The notes: generated by a model from the sequence alone, not told the origin. DNA of 36,626 nt from Desulfobacterales bacterium (GCA_046483495.1 JAWODC010000028.1:1-36626), one strand, 5' to 3'; numbered from the stretch's first letter, positions 9,130 to 20,513 are shown. Program-made: numbers and translations.

Positions 9130-10329
9130 ATGGAAAATCAGATTTTTTCGCCGTGCAGCCTCGCTGGAATCAAGCTGCAGAATCGGATAATTCGATCAGC
9201 TACGCATGAGGGGCTTGCAGATGAAAATGGAAAACCGAATGAGAAATTGAAAAAGCGATATACTGCAGTGGCGAAAGGTGAAGTCGGGGCTATCATCACC
9301 GGATATGCCGGAATTCAGCAAAATGGGAAAAGCCCTTTTTACAATATGCTGATGATCAATAAAGATGAGCACATAAATGCCTACAACGATCTGACGGATG
9401 ACGTGCACAGATACAATACGCCCATAATCATGCAAATTGCTCATTGTGGACGGCAAACCCGGTCCGCGATAACGGGTGAACACCCGGTCGCCCCTTCCGC
9501 CATAAAGGACAAGCTCTATAATGAAGAGACCCCAAAAGAGCTCGATGAAAATGCAATTTATGAAATTATCGAAAATTTTGTCAGAGGAATAGACAGAGCA
9601 AAAACATCCGGATTCGATGGCGTACAACTTCATGGAGCTCACGGCTATCTGCTATCGCAGTTTTTATCTCCTTATATGAATCGGCGCAATGACCGGTGGG
9701 GCGGAAGCCTCGAAAATCGGTTTCGAATTATCGAGGAAATATATAAGGAGGCAAAATCGACAGTTGGCGATTATCCGATTTTTATTAAGATTAACGGGTA
9801 TGACGGAAGAAAAAACGGCATGAGAATTCCGGAGGCAGTGGAAATATCAAAACTCCTTCAAAAATCAGGATGTGCCGGTATCGAAGTTTCATGTGGTATT
9901 GTCGAGGACGGCATGCATTCGGTAAGGGTGGAAAAAATACCGACTGAAGCGATTCTGGAATATAATTTCAGGTTCAGGAATATGCCGCCGATCATTAAAA
10001 AAATTTCGAAACCGGTTTTTGGCATGATGTACCGCAGCATAAAGCCATTGTCGAAATACAATGTCGAAGCGGCAAAAGCGATTAAAAAGGCGGTCGATAT
10101 TCCGGTTATTGCAGTTGGCGGTTTTAGTTCTTTAGATGATATACAAGAGGTAATCGATCGAAACGATGCTGATTTTGTTTCAATGTGCCGGCCTTTTCTT
10201 ATCGAACCGAATATCGTTAAAAAATTCAGAAACGGCGCTCAAAAAAGATCAAAATGTATTTCCTGCGGGTATTGCGTTATCGCACAGGAAGTCCTTCCAA
10301 CACGATGCTATTATGGGAAATTGAGATAA
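9130..10329 (+). CDS. NADH:flavin oxidoreductase (old yellow enzyme family)
   Basis: NRIIRSATHE, QIAHCGRQ, GFDGVQLHGAHGYLLSQFLSP..N.R.D.WGGSLENR; C-terminal CISCGYC. Confidence 0.93.
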   Translation: MENQIFSPCSLAGIKLQNRIIRSATHEGLADENGKPNEKLKKRYTAVAKGEVGAIITGYAGIQQNGKSPFYNMLMINKDEHINAYNDLTDDVHRYNTPIIMQIAHCGRQTRSAITGEHPVAPSAIKDKLYNEETPKELDENAIYEIIENFVRGIDRAKTSGFDGVQLHGAHGYLLSQFLSPYMNRRNDRWGGSLENRFRIIEEIYKEAKSTVGDYPIFIKINGYDGRKNGMRIPEAVEISKLLQKSGCAGIEVSCGIVEDGMHSVRVEKIPTEAILEYNFRFRNMPPIIKKISKPVFGMMYRSIKPLSKYNVEAAKAIKKAVDIPVIAVGGFSSLDDIQEVIDRNDADFVSMCRPFLIEPNIVKKFRNGAQKRSKCISCGYCVIAQEVLPTRCYYGKLR

Positions 10330-10502
10330 TTTTTTACCGGTAGGTTCCATAACCCCGGCGTATGGATATGCAATTTTGAAATGCCCTATTATCCCAAAAT
10401 CGGCTTGTGGAAAGTATTCCGAGCTTGAAGTTCTCTTTAAGACATTTCATCGCATTTTCTTGACGACTCAAGCACATTGGTGGGTCCGGTCGTTCTGCAG
10501 AG

Positions 10503-11174
10503 TCAATACGCCATAATTCGCTGGGCCAGGCGATGCAATTCCGGATTAGCCAGTGCTACGACTTTTTTCTTTACAGCTCTGGAGTAATACTCTTTTTCGG
10601 TTTTGGTCAAAGGCAGCCCATCAAGCTTTTTCCTGAACAGATCTTTCTGTTTGGGTGAAAATATTTGTGAAAGAGCGTATTCCAGAGATAATTCTTCAAA
10701 TTTTTCTTTCTGCCGGCGATTCTTTTCGGCATCTTTTTCAAAATATAACTCAAAGGCATTCTTCAGGAGTGTCGGATGAAACTCTAATCCGTTAATTGTG
10801 AAACTGTTTCCGGATGACAATTCTTTGCCCAGATTTTTAAGTTCTGCTTTTTCGTTTTCAGAAAGCATTTCCTTTAGATGCCCCGACCAGGAAAATGACA
10901 AATGGTAGTAAGCATAGAGCGTAAGCGAAACCTGGATTAGAGAATGAAAGGTTTTTTTCTGCTTCTTATTTTCAAGATGTTCCAGAACCCGTTCATATCC
11001 AAACAAAAAGTTTTTGGCTGCATTGACAAGCAATACGGGAAAGCCTTCATATAATCGTACATCCCCACTTCTCACCACTTCTGCAAGAGTCTGATTTACA
11101 TCAAACTCGTCTCTTGGCTCAAAGAGGGGAAGACCAAGTCGTGACAGCCTTTCAGGTAATGGTTTTTTCATCAA
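10503..11174 (-). CDS. Hypothetical protein, translationally coupled to the upstream nucleotidyltransferase
   Basis: 223-aa ORF with ATGA overlap at 11171-11174; conserved-looking C-terminus FSPKQK...LTKTEKEYYSR.VKKKV.ALAN. Confidence 0.7.
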   Translation of the reverse strand: MMKKPLPERLSRLGLPLFEPRDEFDVNQTLAEVVRSGDVRLYEGFPVLLVNAAKNFLFGYERVLEHLENKKQKKTFHSLIQVSLTLYAYYHLSFSWSGHLKEMLSENEKAELKNLGKELSSGNSFTINGLEFHPTLLKNAFELYFEKDAEKNRRQKEKFEELSLEYALSQIFSPKQKDLFRKKLDGLPLTKTEKEYYSRAVKKKVVALANPELHRLAQRIMAY

Positions 11175-11728
11175 AAAATATTCTCTTCTTCAAAGAGTTC
11201 GACAAATCGACCAATATGGACGACTATTCGCTTTTCAGCAATATCATAGCCGGCAAGTTCATGGTAATGGTTTACCCGTTTTTTGATATCGATGCGATGT
11301 CGTCTGGCTTTCATCAACATCAGGCAATCATCGAAATCAACGGGTGTACCCCGCATCAATTTGCTTGCGATCAAATCGTATTCATTCAAAATTCCGATAT
11401 AGAGTCGACTGTATTCCTTCAGCAGAAAATGGTTGCCCGGTTCAAGTGGTGATTCCAGCAATTCAGTCGTGTGAATTCGATTTCCTTCGAATAAATCGAA
11501 CCTGAAAATGTCCCCCTTTCGCTGCCATCCATTTCCGGTAACCTGTTCGTAACCAAGCGTTTTCAACAATTTGATCAGGTATTCATATTCATTGGCCTTG
11601 GGAACCATGAAATCGACATCCTTGGTGGAGGGTTTCACTTGAAGCAGGGTCAGTGCCGTTCCGCCACACGCAACAAGATGGACTTTCCGTTTCAGAAAAC
11701 GATTCCATTGCATCATGATTTCGATCAA
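11171..11728 (-). CDS. Nucleotidyltransferase, DUF6036/AbiEii-like; start uncertain
   Basis: GGTAL...STKDVDF NTase motif and SKL.RG..VDFDD. Confidence 0.72.
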   Translation of the reverse strand: MIEIMMQWNRFLKRKVHLVACGGTALTLLQVKPSTKDVDFMVPKANEYEYLIKLLKTLGYEQVTGNGWQRKGDIFRFDLFEGNRIHTTELLESPLEPGNHFLLKEYSRLYIGILNEYDLIASKLMRGTPVDFDDCLMLMKARRHRIDIKKRVNHYHELAGYDIAEKRIVVHIGRFVELFEEENIF

Positions 11729-11769
11729 GGCCTGTTTATCGCTCCTGTAATTCCATATAAATTGACCAA

Positions 11770-11812
11770 TTATACAAATTATTGTATAAATATATACAAT
11801 GAATTGATTGTA
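11770..11812. promoter_or_regulatory. Palindromic operator-like sites upstream of the NTase operon
   Basis: TTATACAA-N4-TTGTATAA (11770-11789) and TACAAT-N6-ATTGTA (11795-11812). Confidence 0.5.
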
Positions 11813-11949
11813 AATGTACAGCTTTTTTTAAAAAAACTTACCCCAAGACTTTTAACGAACTAAAAATAAAGCCTCCTAAACGCGCTTGAAGGTGGGCATT
11901 TATGCGGATACATCTAAATATTGTTGGGCATCTGAGAAGGCGTGTAAAA

Positions 11950-12204
11950 TCAATAATGGTATCGAAGCTGGGCAATCAGAATGGAATCAGCAGAGACTTT
12001 GTACACAATTCTGTGCTCTTCATTAATTCGGCGCGACCAGTATCCTGACAATGCGTGTTTCAACGGCTCGGGTTTGCCGATTCCTTCAAAGGGACTACGC
12101 TTAATTTCTTTAATTAGCATATTTATTCGACGGTGGATTTTCTTATCGGTTTTTTGCCAATAAAGGTAGTCCTCCCATGCATTTTCTGAAAAGATGAGCT
12201 TCAA
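11950..12204 (-). CDS. yoeB: Txe/YoeB family toxin
   Basis: AWEDYLYWQ..DKK, PFEGIGKPEPLKH.LSGYWSRRI..EHR.VY, C-terminal RYHY. Confidence 0.96.
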   Translation of the reverse strand: MKLIFSENAWEDYLYWQKTDKKIHRRINMLIKEIKRSPFEGIGKPEPLKHALSGYWSRRINEEHRIVYKVSADSILIAQLRYHY

Positions 12205-12452
12205 TCCAAAAGCTCTCTTTCTGATCCTCGGCCTTCTTCGAGCTGAGCAACAGATTCAATCAGGCGTCTTGTGTTTTTCGGAGAGCGCAAAAGGTAAGCG
12301 GTTTCTTCCAGAGATTCATAATCCTCAAGGGACATGATAACCACCGATTCAGTGGATTTTCGCGTAACGATAACGGGAGCGTGATCTTTGCACACTTTTT
12401 CCATTGTCTTTGCAAGGTTTTGCCTTGCGGCGGTATATGTAATCGCTTTCAT
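12201..12452 (-). CDS. yefM: Phd/YefM family antitoxin
   Basis: MKAITYTAARQNLAKTM...SLEDYESLEETAYLLRSP.N.RRL. Start moved to 12452 behind a GGAGGT RBS; 4-nt overlap with yoeB. Confidence 0.95.
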   Translation of the reverse strand: MKAITYTAARQNLAKTMEKVCKDHAPVIVTRKSTESVVIMSLEDYESLEETAYLLRSPKNTRRLIESVAQLEEGRGSERELLD

Positions 12453-12463
12453 GAGACACCTCC

Positions 12464-12487
12464 TGTACATGTCCGGAATATTGTACA
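12464..12487. promoter_or_regulatory. yefM-yoeB operator (two TGTACA cores)
   Basis: TGTACA at 12464-12469 and 12482-12487; TGTACA is the known YefM operator core. Confidence 0.65.
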
Positions 12488-12557
12488 TATATTTGAGGCT
12501 ATGTCAAGATTAAACCCAAACCTTGTTGCAGAATGCTGAATTAAGCGTAATGATCTG

Positions 12558-12884
12558 GTCCAACGCCTAATCCCAAACTTGATCTCGATCAGCTGATCTA
12601 ACGTTATCTGCACCAATCTTAAACTCGATGACGAAAATAACAGAGCTTATCAGAAGTACGGCATCTACACGCTTACCCATGCGGGGGATGGAATATTCCA
12701 GGAAAATTTCACCACCTCGATTAGAAAGAGCGTCTTGTAAAATATGAATTTGCTCTATTCAGGCGTCCCGCTGGGTAGTTTCAAGTGTAAACGGGTTTTC
12801 TGTTGCCATTTTTCCAAGAATGGTACTTTCATGGCAGGTTAGAAAATCCGGTATAGAATTTCGATAAAACCATCTACGGGTCAT
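12558..12884 (-). pseudogene. 5' fragment of a DUF2075-family nuclease/helicase gene
   Basis: Reads MTRRWFYRNSI...ETTQRDA*IEQI...FLEYSIPRMGKRVDAVLL...IEFKIG...DQVWD*ALD, with in-frame TGA (12759-12761) and TAG (12567-12569), then breaks off. Not in the ORF track. Confidence 0.75.
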
Positions 12885-12947
12885 TATCAGGATTGTCCTA
12901 AGAATAAGAAGTGTGACTGATCCATTGGGTTTGGCATTCCGTTCAAA

Positions 12948-13928
12948 TTAACTGATAAACACCTCACGCCGGTGGTAATCCAAATTGTCCTGTGCCGGCC
13001 GGAAGCGGTCCTCTTTCGGTACGAAGATCGGCCGGTCGGAGAGTGTAAGAATGTGACCCGGGTTGTTGCTTTCCATGCGCACTCGCTTTGAGACGATCAC
13101 TTCGTAAGACCGGCCGACACTCATCAGGCCTTCGTCAAAGCTCCAGTGGCAGAGGCGGCATAGGCAAAGGCCGTTGGTGGGCCTGTCATCCCTGGATTTG
13201 CTCCATCCGATGATGTGGGCCGCTTCCACTACGGTGTGACCTTCGGGGGTCAGCATTCGGATGCCGCATAGGGCGCAGCGATGATCGTAAAGCGCCACGA
13301 TGGCCCTGCGAAAGCCCTGGTCCCTTATCTTTTTTTCATCCTCTTCTTTCGATTCGCCAAAGCTTTCCAATCCATCAAAAATTTCGGTCGTCAGATGTTG
13401 TGCATAAATGCCCGAGGCATAATTGATCTTGCCCTGGCTGTAAACCAGCGGCTGAACAGCCGGAGCGAAATACGATTTCACCAGCACCGTGCGCATTATT
13501 TCTCGTGTAGATAGATCCTGCAAAAGAGCATAAAGAGGCTCGTCGATTTCGGCTCCGGCATAGATTTTCCTGATTCTTGTCATGGAGCTGAATGTTTGCC
13601 CCGGCCGGTCCTGATGCCCGGGTCGAGGAATCAGCCGCCAAAACGGTTCGTTGCGCATGTGATAAAACGGATATGACATTAGTCCCCTGCGGGTAATCGG
13701 CATCACCGCCGACCAATAGGTGGCGAATGTTTCCGTCAGGTCGAAGGAGGGTTCAATAAGGTTCGAAGTGATATGGCCCTGCGCCACCAGGTCGATAATG
13801 GATAACAGCAGAAAGGGTTTGTGGGGCGCCCGATGGGTGGTCGCTTCCGGATAGTGATTCCGGTTTTTGTCCACCCGAAGATTCTGGAAAAGGGATGTGT
13901 AATGGTCCAATGTGTTAGTGGAATTCAT
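12948..13928 (-). CDS. SBD-HNH endonuclease (probable phosphorothioate-dependent type IV restriction enzyme)
   Basis: HRAPHKPFLLL and YPFYHM sulfur-binding-domain motifs; RDQGFR...CALCG...EAAHI...NGLCLC.LCHWSFD.G HNH domain. Start is 13928 or the in-frame 14012. Confidence 0.8.
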   Translation of the reverse strand: MNSTNTLDHYTSLFQNLRVDKNRNHYPEATTHRAPHKPFLLLSIIDLVAQGHITSNLIEPSFDLTETFATYWSAVMPITRRGLMSYPFYHMRNEPFWRLIPRPGHQDRPGQTFSSMTRIRKIYAGAEIDEPLYALLQDLSTREIMRTVLVKSYFAPAVQPLVYSQGKINYASGIYAQHLTTEIFDGLESFGESKEEDEKKIRDQGFRRAIVALYDHRCALCGIRMLTPEGHTVVEAAHIIGWSKSRDDRPTNGLCLCRLCHWSFDEGLMSVGRSYEVIVSKRVRMESNNPGHILTLSDRPIFVPKEDRFRPAQDNLDYHRREVFIS

Positions 13929-13939
13929 TTTGATTTTTG

Positions 13940-14057
13940 CGCGGTATTCGAGAAAATGTTTCTGATAGAAGTCACCGTCGGATTGTGGATGTGCCGGATG
14001 TTCGACGGCCATGGCTCTGCCTTTCAGATCTATTTGCCTTTCTGCAGGAATTTTTTT
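13940..14057 (-). repeat. ~115-bp repeat: 5' UTR and first codons of a methyltransferase gene, second copy at ~24693-24811
   Basis: MAVEHPAHPQSDGDFYQKHFLEY vs MTVEHPADPQTDGDLYQRNFLEY; shared upstream GCCTTTCAG.TCTATTTGCCTTTCTG. Confidence 0.85.
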
Positions 14058-14260
14058 TACGTCGATGCCTTGAATCGAATCGGCTCTTATCCGCATACGG
14101 ACCGAAACTGAAATGGTACAGATGGGAATACTTATTAAGGACAAAGCCATACACCTGAACAAAACAAAAATTCAACCCCAATCGGCACTTTAAGAGAAAT
14201 TGACTGTTTCTATCCTTAAAACTTACTTTTAACCTTCGGTCCTGTCGGCAACAGGGAACA

Positions 14261-14278
14261 TATTGACATTAGTCAATA
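14261..14278. promoter_or_regulatory. Palindrome overlapping a TTGACA hexamer
   Basis: TATTGAC-ATTA-GTCAATA upstream of the serine hydrolase. Confidence 0.4.
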
Positions 14279-14466
14279 ATAAACGTAGGTTGTACCAACC
14301 TCAACATTTATCATGCTTCTACAGTCTTCAAGATTTTCCATGATAGACTTGAAGGATGGGATCGATGAAAACAAAGGAAGCCTTGACTATTCTCAAGAAA
14401 AACCGAGAGGCCATTCGTGCCGCATAGAAGATGGAAGCTCAGGCGATAAAATCTAAGGAGGCAATC

Positions 14467-15666
14467 ATGAGAAAATGGTTTATTGGAATTCTGGTCGTGC
14501 CGGCAGTCTTGGGCGGCATCTTGATGGCAACGGCCGACAAGGATACGCGAGAGCTGATACTGCATATGCCGACCGACAGGAATGTTCTTTTTTGGTCAAT
14601 TCCGCAGCGCGATGCAGCTTTCCGCGCTATGGACCGAATACCTTTCTTTTCCAAACACCGGATCATTTCCAGGGGCGAGGAAGTCTATCCCTTGCCGAAG
14701 GGGGCTTCGCTCGAGATCGGTACAGATGTGGAAGCCTATATGAAGGATCAGCGCACCGCAGCATTGGTGATCATTCACGATGGGAAAGTCCGCCTTGAAA
14801 AGTACGGACTCGAATTCGGTCCCGATAAGCGCTGGACCAGTTTTTCGGTTGCAAAATCGTTCACCTCGACGTTGGTCGGTGCAGCAATCAAGGACGGCTA
14901 TATCAAGAGTATCGATGACAACGTATCGGATTACATTCCCGACCTCAGAGGATCGGCCTATGATGATGTCACCATCGAGCAGCTGTTGACAATGACATCG
15001 GGCGTGAAATGGAATGAGGATTACAGTGACCCTGAATCGGACGTGGCATTGTTTAACGAGCACAAAGCCGATCCAGGCGTCGATGTGACGGTGAGCTATA
15101 TGCGCAAATTGGGCCGCGAGGCACCTCCCGGCACAAAATGGGTTTACAAGACCGGCGAGACCAATCTGATCGGAGTTCTGATCAGTTCGGCAACCGGGAA
15201 GAACCTGTCAGACTATTTATCGGAGAAAATCTGGCAGCCTTTTGGCATGGAAAATGATGCGAGCTGGCTGCTGGGATCCACCGGTCATGAGATCAGCGGC
15301 TGCTGCATACAGGCATCGACGCGCGACTTTGCGCGTTTTGGTCTGTTCATGCTGAACGGGGGTATCGCAAATGGCAAGCCGGTACTGCCGGACGGCTGGA
15401 TGGCTGAGGCTACGGAGAAGCACGCGGATACCGACAGTCCCGGTCACGGTTACGGATATCAATGGTGGACCTGGGATGACGGCACCTATATGGCGCAGGG
15501 GATCTTCGGCCAGGGCATTTTCATCGATCCCAAACGGAACCTGGTCATCGCTTCGAACAGTAACTGGCCGCATGCTACTGATCGTCAGGGCGGCGATCAA
15601 GATGAAAAGCAATCAGCCTTTTACAAGCAGGTTCAACGGGCTGTCGATAGAGAGGCAAAGCAATAG
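14467..15666 (+). CDS. Serine hydrolase, beta-lactamase/NylB-like family, exported
   Basis: SVAK (SxxK), LLTMTSG, YKT, GYGYQWW; hydrophobic N-terminus; AAGGAGG RBS before ATG 14467. Confidence 0.88.
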   Translation: MRKWFIGILVVPAVLGGILMATADKDTRELILHMPTDRNVLFWSIPQRDAAFRAMDRIPFFSKHRIISRGEEVYPLPKGASLEIGTDVEAYMKDQRTAALVIIHDGKVRLEKYGLEFGPDKRWTSFSVAKSFTSTLVGAAIKDGYIKSIDDNVSDYIPDLRGSAYDDVTIEQLLTMTSGVKWNEDYSDPESDVALFNEHKADPGVDVTVSYMRKLGREAPPGTKWVYKTGETNLIGVLISSATGKNLSDYLSEKIWQPFGMENDASWLLGSTGHEISGCCIQASTRDFARFGLFMLNGGIANGKPVLPDGWMAEATEKHADTDSPGHGYGYQWWTWDDGTYMAQGIFGQGIFIDPKRNLVIASNSNWPHATDRQGGDQDEKQSAFYKQVQRAVDREAKQ

Positions 15667-15669
15667 AAA

Positions 15670-15879
15670 CTGGTGCGGTAAAAATAAAGATCGGCATTTT
15701 TGTCCGTGGTCCGCACCCATTTCACGATTTCAGAAATTACCATGGTCTCGTAAAGCCGACCGTTCATCTCACCTCGATAGCCGGTCAACCGACGCCAGAT
15801 GCCGACATCGGTCCAGAACAGTTTGGGCGTTTTGACCGTCGAACCGGTCCGATGATCATAATACGGCTGGAGCAGTAAG
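15670..15879 (-). pseudogene. Internal fragment of a DUF4143-type ATP-binding protein gene
   Basis: Startless frame LLLQPYY...VKTPKLFWTDVG...GRLYETMVISEIVKW...LYFYRT. Confidence 0.65.
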
Positions 15880-16183
15880 GCCGGTAAGCACTACCACTCT
15901 TCGAGAAAACGAATCAGGCAAACGGCGGTTGATATAACAGTATTTCAGTAAATCAGACGACGTTATCGTAAATTAACCTGTAAAATTGACGATGTGAACT
16001 TAAAATTTACAGATAAAGCCTGGCTTGTTCCACCCCTATGTCGAAGCAATGATCCCCTGGAATTGATCCTTTATGCCCCTGATTGGATCGGCTCTATTTT
16101 ATGGGAACCGGATAAAGATTAAAAATTTGACATGGATTTAACGGATTTTACGATTAGAATCAAAAAATTTTTGCTATTTTTAG

Positions 16184-16198
16184 CGATAATCATTATCA
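16184..16198. promoter_or_regulatory. Fur/PerR-family box upstream of katG
   Basis: cGATAATcATTATCa, one mismatch to the 7-1-7 consensus TGATAATnATTATCA; TTGACA at 16127-16132. Confidence 0.7.
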
Positions 16199-16224
16199 TT
16201 TAATAAACGGACTTCATCAACTGA

Positions 16225-18444
<2,220 letters not shown>

Positions 18445-18668
18445 TGGACTGGAAGGATAAGAAGTTGCTTTCAATCGAATGCTGTGTGGCAAAATGCGGC
18501 TTGTTTTTCAAATGGAAATCCAACGGTGTTTCGCACATTGAAAAGCACGCTATGTATTCGCCCGGTGTAGCATTGCAAAGACGGCCGCAGCCGGTCTCAC
18601 GTGATGATCTGCTGTGGCCTAAAACCATAGGCATTATACGCTGAACGCCTGTCGACGAGGGGTGGAAA

Positions 18669-19208
18669 ATGAATTCAACGCGCGTGATGGTGTTTATTTT
18701 CCTTAGCCTTTTTCTTATTACAGGAACGAATTGTTTTGCCGCGGATATCAGCCCGAAAGGGGATCCGATCATCAGGTCCGGTGGTAACCGACCGATCGAA
18801 TTTGGCGCCTTGCAACGGAACAGCCTCTACATGAATGAAGAAATACCGCGAATTTCAGAACGACTGGATCGGGCAGCCGAAAAAGGGTGCATCGAAGAAA
18901 GAGACCGGAACGAGGTCAAGACGATCCTTTCAAAATCCGGAAAAACGCTCGCAGGCATTGTGAAAAAAGCGGAAAAAGGGAATCTTTCGGCCAAGGACAG
19001 AAAAGATTCGGCCCATCGATTGCGTCACCTGGAAGAGACGCTCAGAGAAAAATTATCACATATGTTCACGCCGAAAACCAGGGATACCTCGTTGCTGACC
19101 ACGGAAATTTCGCAGTGCGTGAATGAAATAAACCGTCTTAACTCGATGTTCTCGAACATGCTGAACAAGCTTCATGAATCTCGGATGGCCGTCATTCGGA
19201 ATTTGTAA
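18669..19208 (+). CDS. Hypothetical exported helical protein
   Basis: Sec-type signal (…GTNCFA-A); GAGGGG RBS; amphipathic C-terminus FSNMLNKLHESRMAVIRNL. Confidence 0.65.
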   Translation: MNSTRVMVFIFLSLFLITGTNCFAADISPKGDPIIRSGGNRPIEFGALQRNSLYMNEEIPRISERLDRAAEKGCIEERDRNEVKTILSKSGKTLAGIVKKAEKGNLSAKDRKDSAHRLRHLEETLREKLSHMFTPKTRDTSLLTTEISQCVNEINRLNSMFSNMLNKLHESRMAVIRNL

Positions 19209-19243
19209 TCCGTTAGACACTCCGATCGACCTTGTGCTTTATC

Positions 19244-19388
19244 AGTGCCTATCCAGAAATGGCCAATTCGCTCCATTTCGGCGTTGGCCGGAAATTTTTA
19301 ATCATCAAAATACTCCATGTATTCCTGCGGGTAAAATTTCCAGGCCGCCTTGAACTGAACCGAATTTTCTCGTTTCTGGATGGACGCT
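19244..19388. mobile_element. 145-bp MITE-like element
   Basis: Imperfect 16-bp terminal inverted repeats AGTGCCTATCCAGAAA / TTTCTGGATGGACGCT (13/16); an inverted partial copy lies at 31382-31430. Confidence 0.7.
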
Positions 19389-19424
19389 ATTTATACATGT
19401 GATGCATAAAAAAGGGAGATACCC

Positions 19425-20429
19425 ATGGCGAACCATGAAGAAAATGAACGGCTGGTCGAGCGATATATGCAGGAAAACAACATCGAAGCGGCCGTCAATC
19501 TGCTGTTCGATCTGATCGTTTCGTCTGCAGGGTCGGGGAATATCTCAAAAGCCAAAATCTTGCGGGAAAAACTTCTCGAGGTTGCCCCCCTGGCGTTGAC
19601 GGAAATAACAAAGGCAGCGGACATCATTGAAGAAGAAGAGTCCAAACTGCTGGACCCGGCCCACTTGAGCACCTGGTCTAAGTTATACAGCACCCTTACG
19701 ACAGAGGAGACCCATGCCCTATTTTTCGCCATGGAACCTGCCGAATACAAAGAAGGGGAAACGGTGTATGTACAGGGTGAGAAAAATGCCAGGCTTTATT
19801 TTATCGACCGGGGCCGGTTGAAACGGGTCTATCGAAAGGAAGAAGAGGATTTTCTTGTAAACGAGTTTGGCCCGGGTGATCTTTCAGGCAAAGACTCTTT
19901 TTTTTCGATTACCAACGCCAATGCCGCCTCCTTGATTGCGGTTTCCGGCGTGAAATTGAGAATACTGCACAATAAAGTGCTGAAAGAATGGGGCACGATT
20001 CACCCGGGGCTTTTCTCGAAACTGCATGATTTTTGTACAAGAGCCGGGAAAACCGATGACGTTTTCACAAAATTGAACATCGATCGGAAGATGCAGAAAA
20101 GGTTCGAAATTTCCGTCAACGGCAAATTCCAGCTCTTGAAAAACACCGGTGAACCCTTGGGAGACCCTTTTAAAGGCACCCTTTCTGACATTTCCTCAGG
20201 GGGATTGTGTTTTTTTATGAGAGTTTCAAGACGGGAAACGGCGCGCCTGTTGGTGGACAGGAAAATAAAAATGGAAATTCAGATCCCGACCAAACAGGGT
20301 GTGTTGAATATCGAAAAAAACGGCATCATTGTCGGTGTCCACGAGTATGCGTTTCAGGACTATTCCATACATGTCAAATTCGACCAGGAGCTTGGCAAAA
20401 ATATAACCGATCTATTTGAAGAATTCTAA
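19425..20429 (+). CDS. Cyclic nucleotide-binding domain + PilZ domain protein
   Basis: GETVYVQGE...LYFIDRG...GPGDLSG cNMP fold; RKMQKRF...DISSGG PilZ-like motifs. Confidence 0.8.
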   Translation: MANHEENERLVERYMQENNIEAAVNLLFDLIVSSAGSGNISKAKILREKLLEVAPLALTEITKAADIIEEEESKLLDPAHLSTWSKLYSTLTTEETHALFFAMEPAEYKEGETVYVQGEKNARLYFIDRGRLKRVYRKEEEDFLVNEFGPGDLSGKDSFFSITNANAASLIAVSGVKLRILHNKVLKEWGTIHPGLFSKLHDFCTRAGKTDDVFTKLNIDRKMQKRFEISVNGKFQLLKNTGEPLGDPFKGTLSDISSGGLCFFMRVSRRETARLLVDRKIKMEIQIPTKQGVLNIEKNGIIVGVHEYAFQDYSIHVKFDQELGKNITDLFEEF

Positions 20430-20513
20430 AAGAATGGGCAATCGTGGTGGCGTAACTGAAAAACGGTCTTAAACGCATGCAGTATCACAAAACCAGGTTC
20501 ACATTGAAGATCT

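Noticed and set aside
11875..12564. yefM-yoeB as an integron cassette (GTTGGAC ... GCCCAAC on the minus strand)
   Set aside because: The putative attC arms do not pair, and GTTGGAC is explained by the ALD codons of the DUF2075 remnant.
14013..14162. N-terminal extension of the 404-aa HNH ORF
   Set aside because: No RBS, low-information sequence, and it runs through the duplicated methyltransferase leader.
14467..15666. Antibiotic-resistance beta-lactamase
   Set aside because: SxxK is present, but the YKT and GYGYQWW pattern fits NylB/esterase-like hydrolases rather than AmpC.
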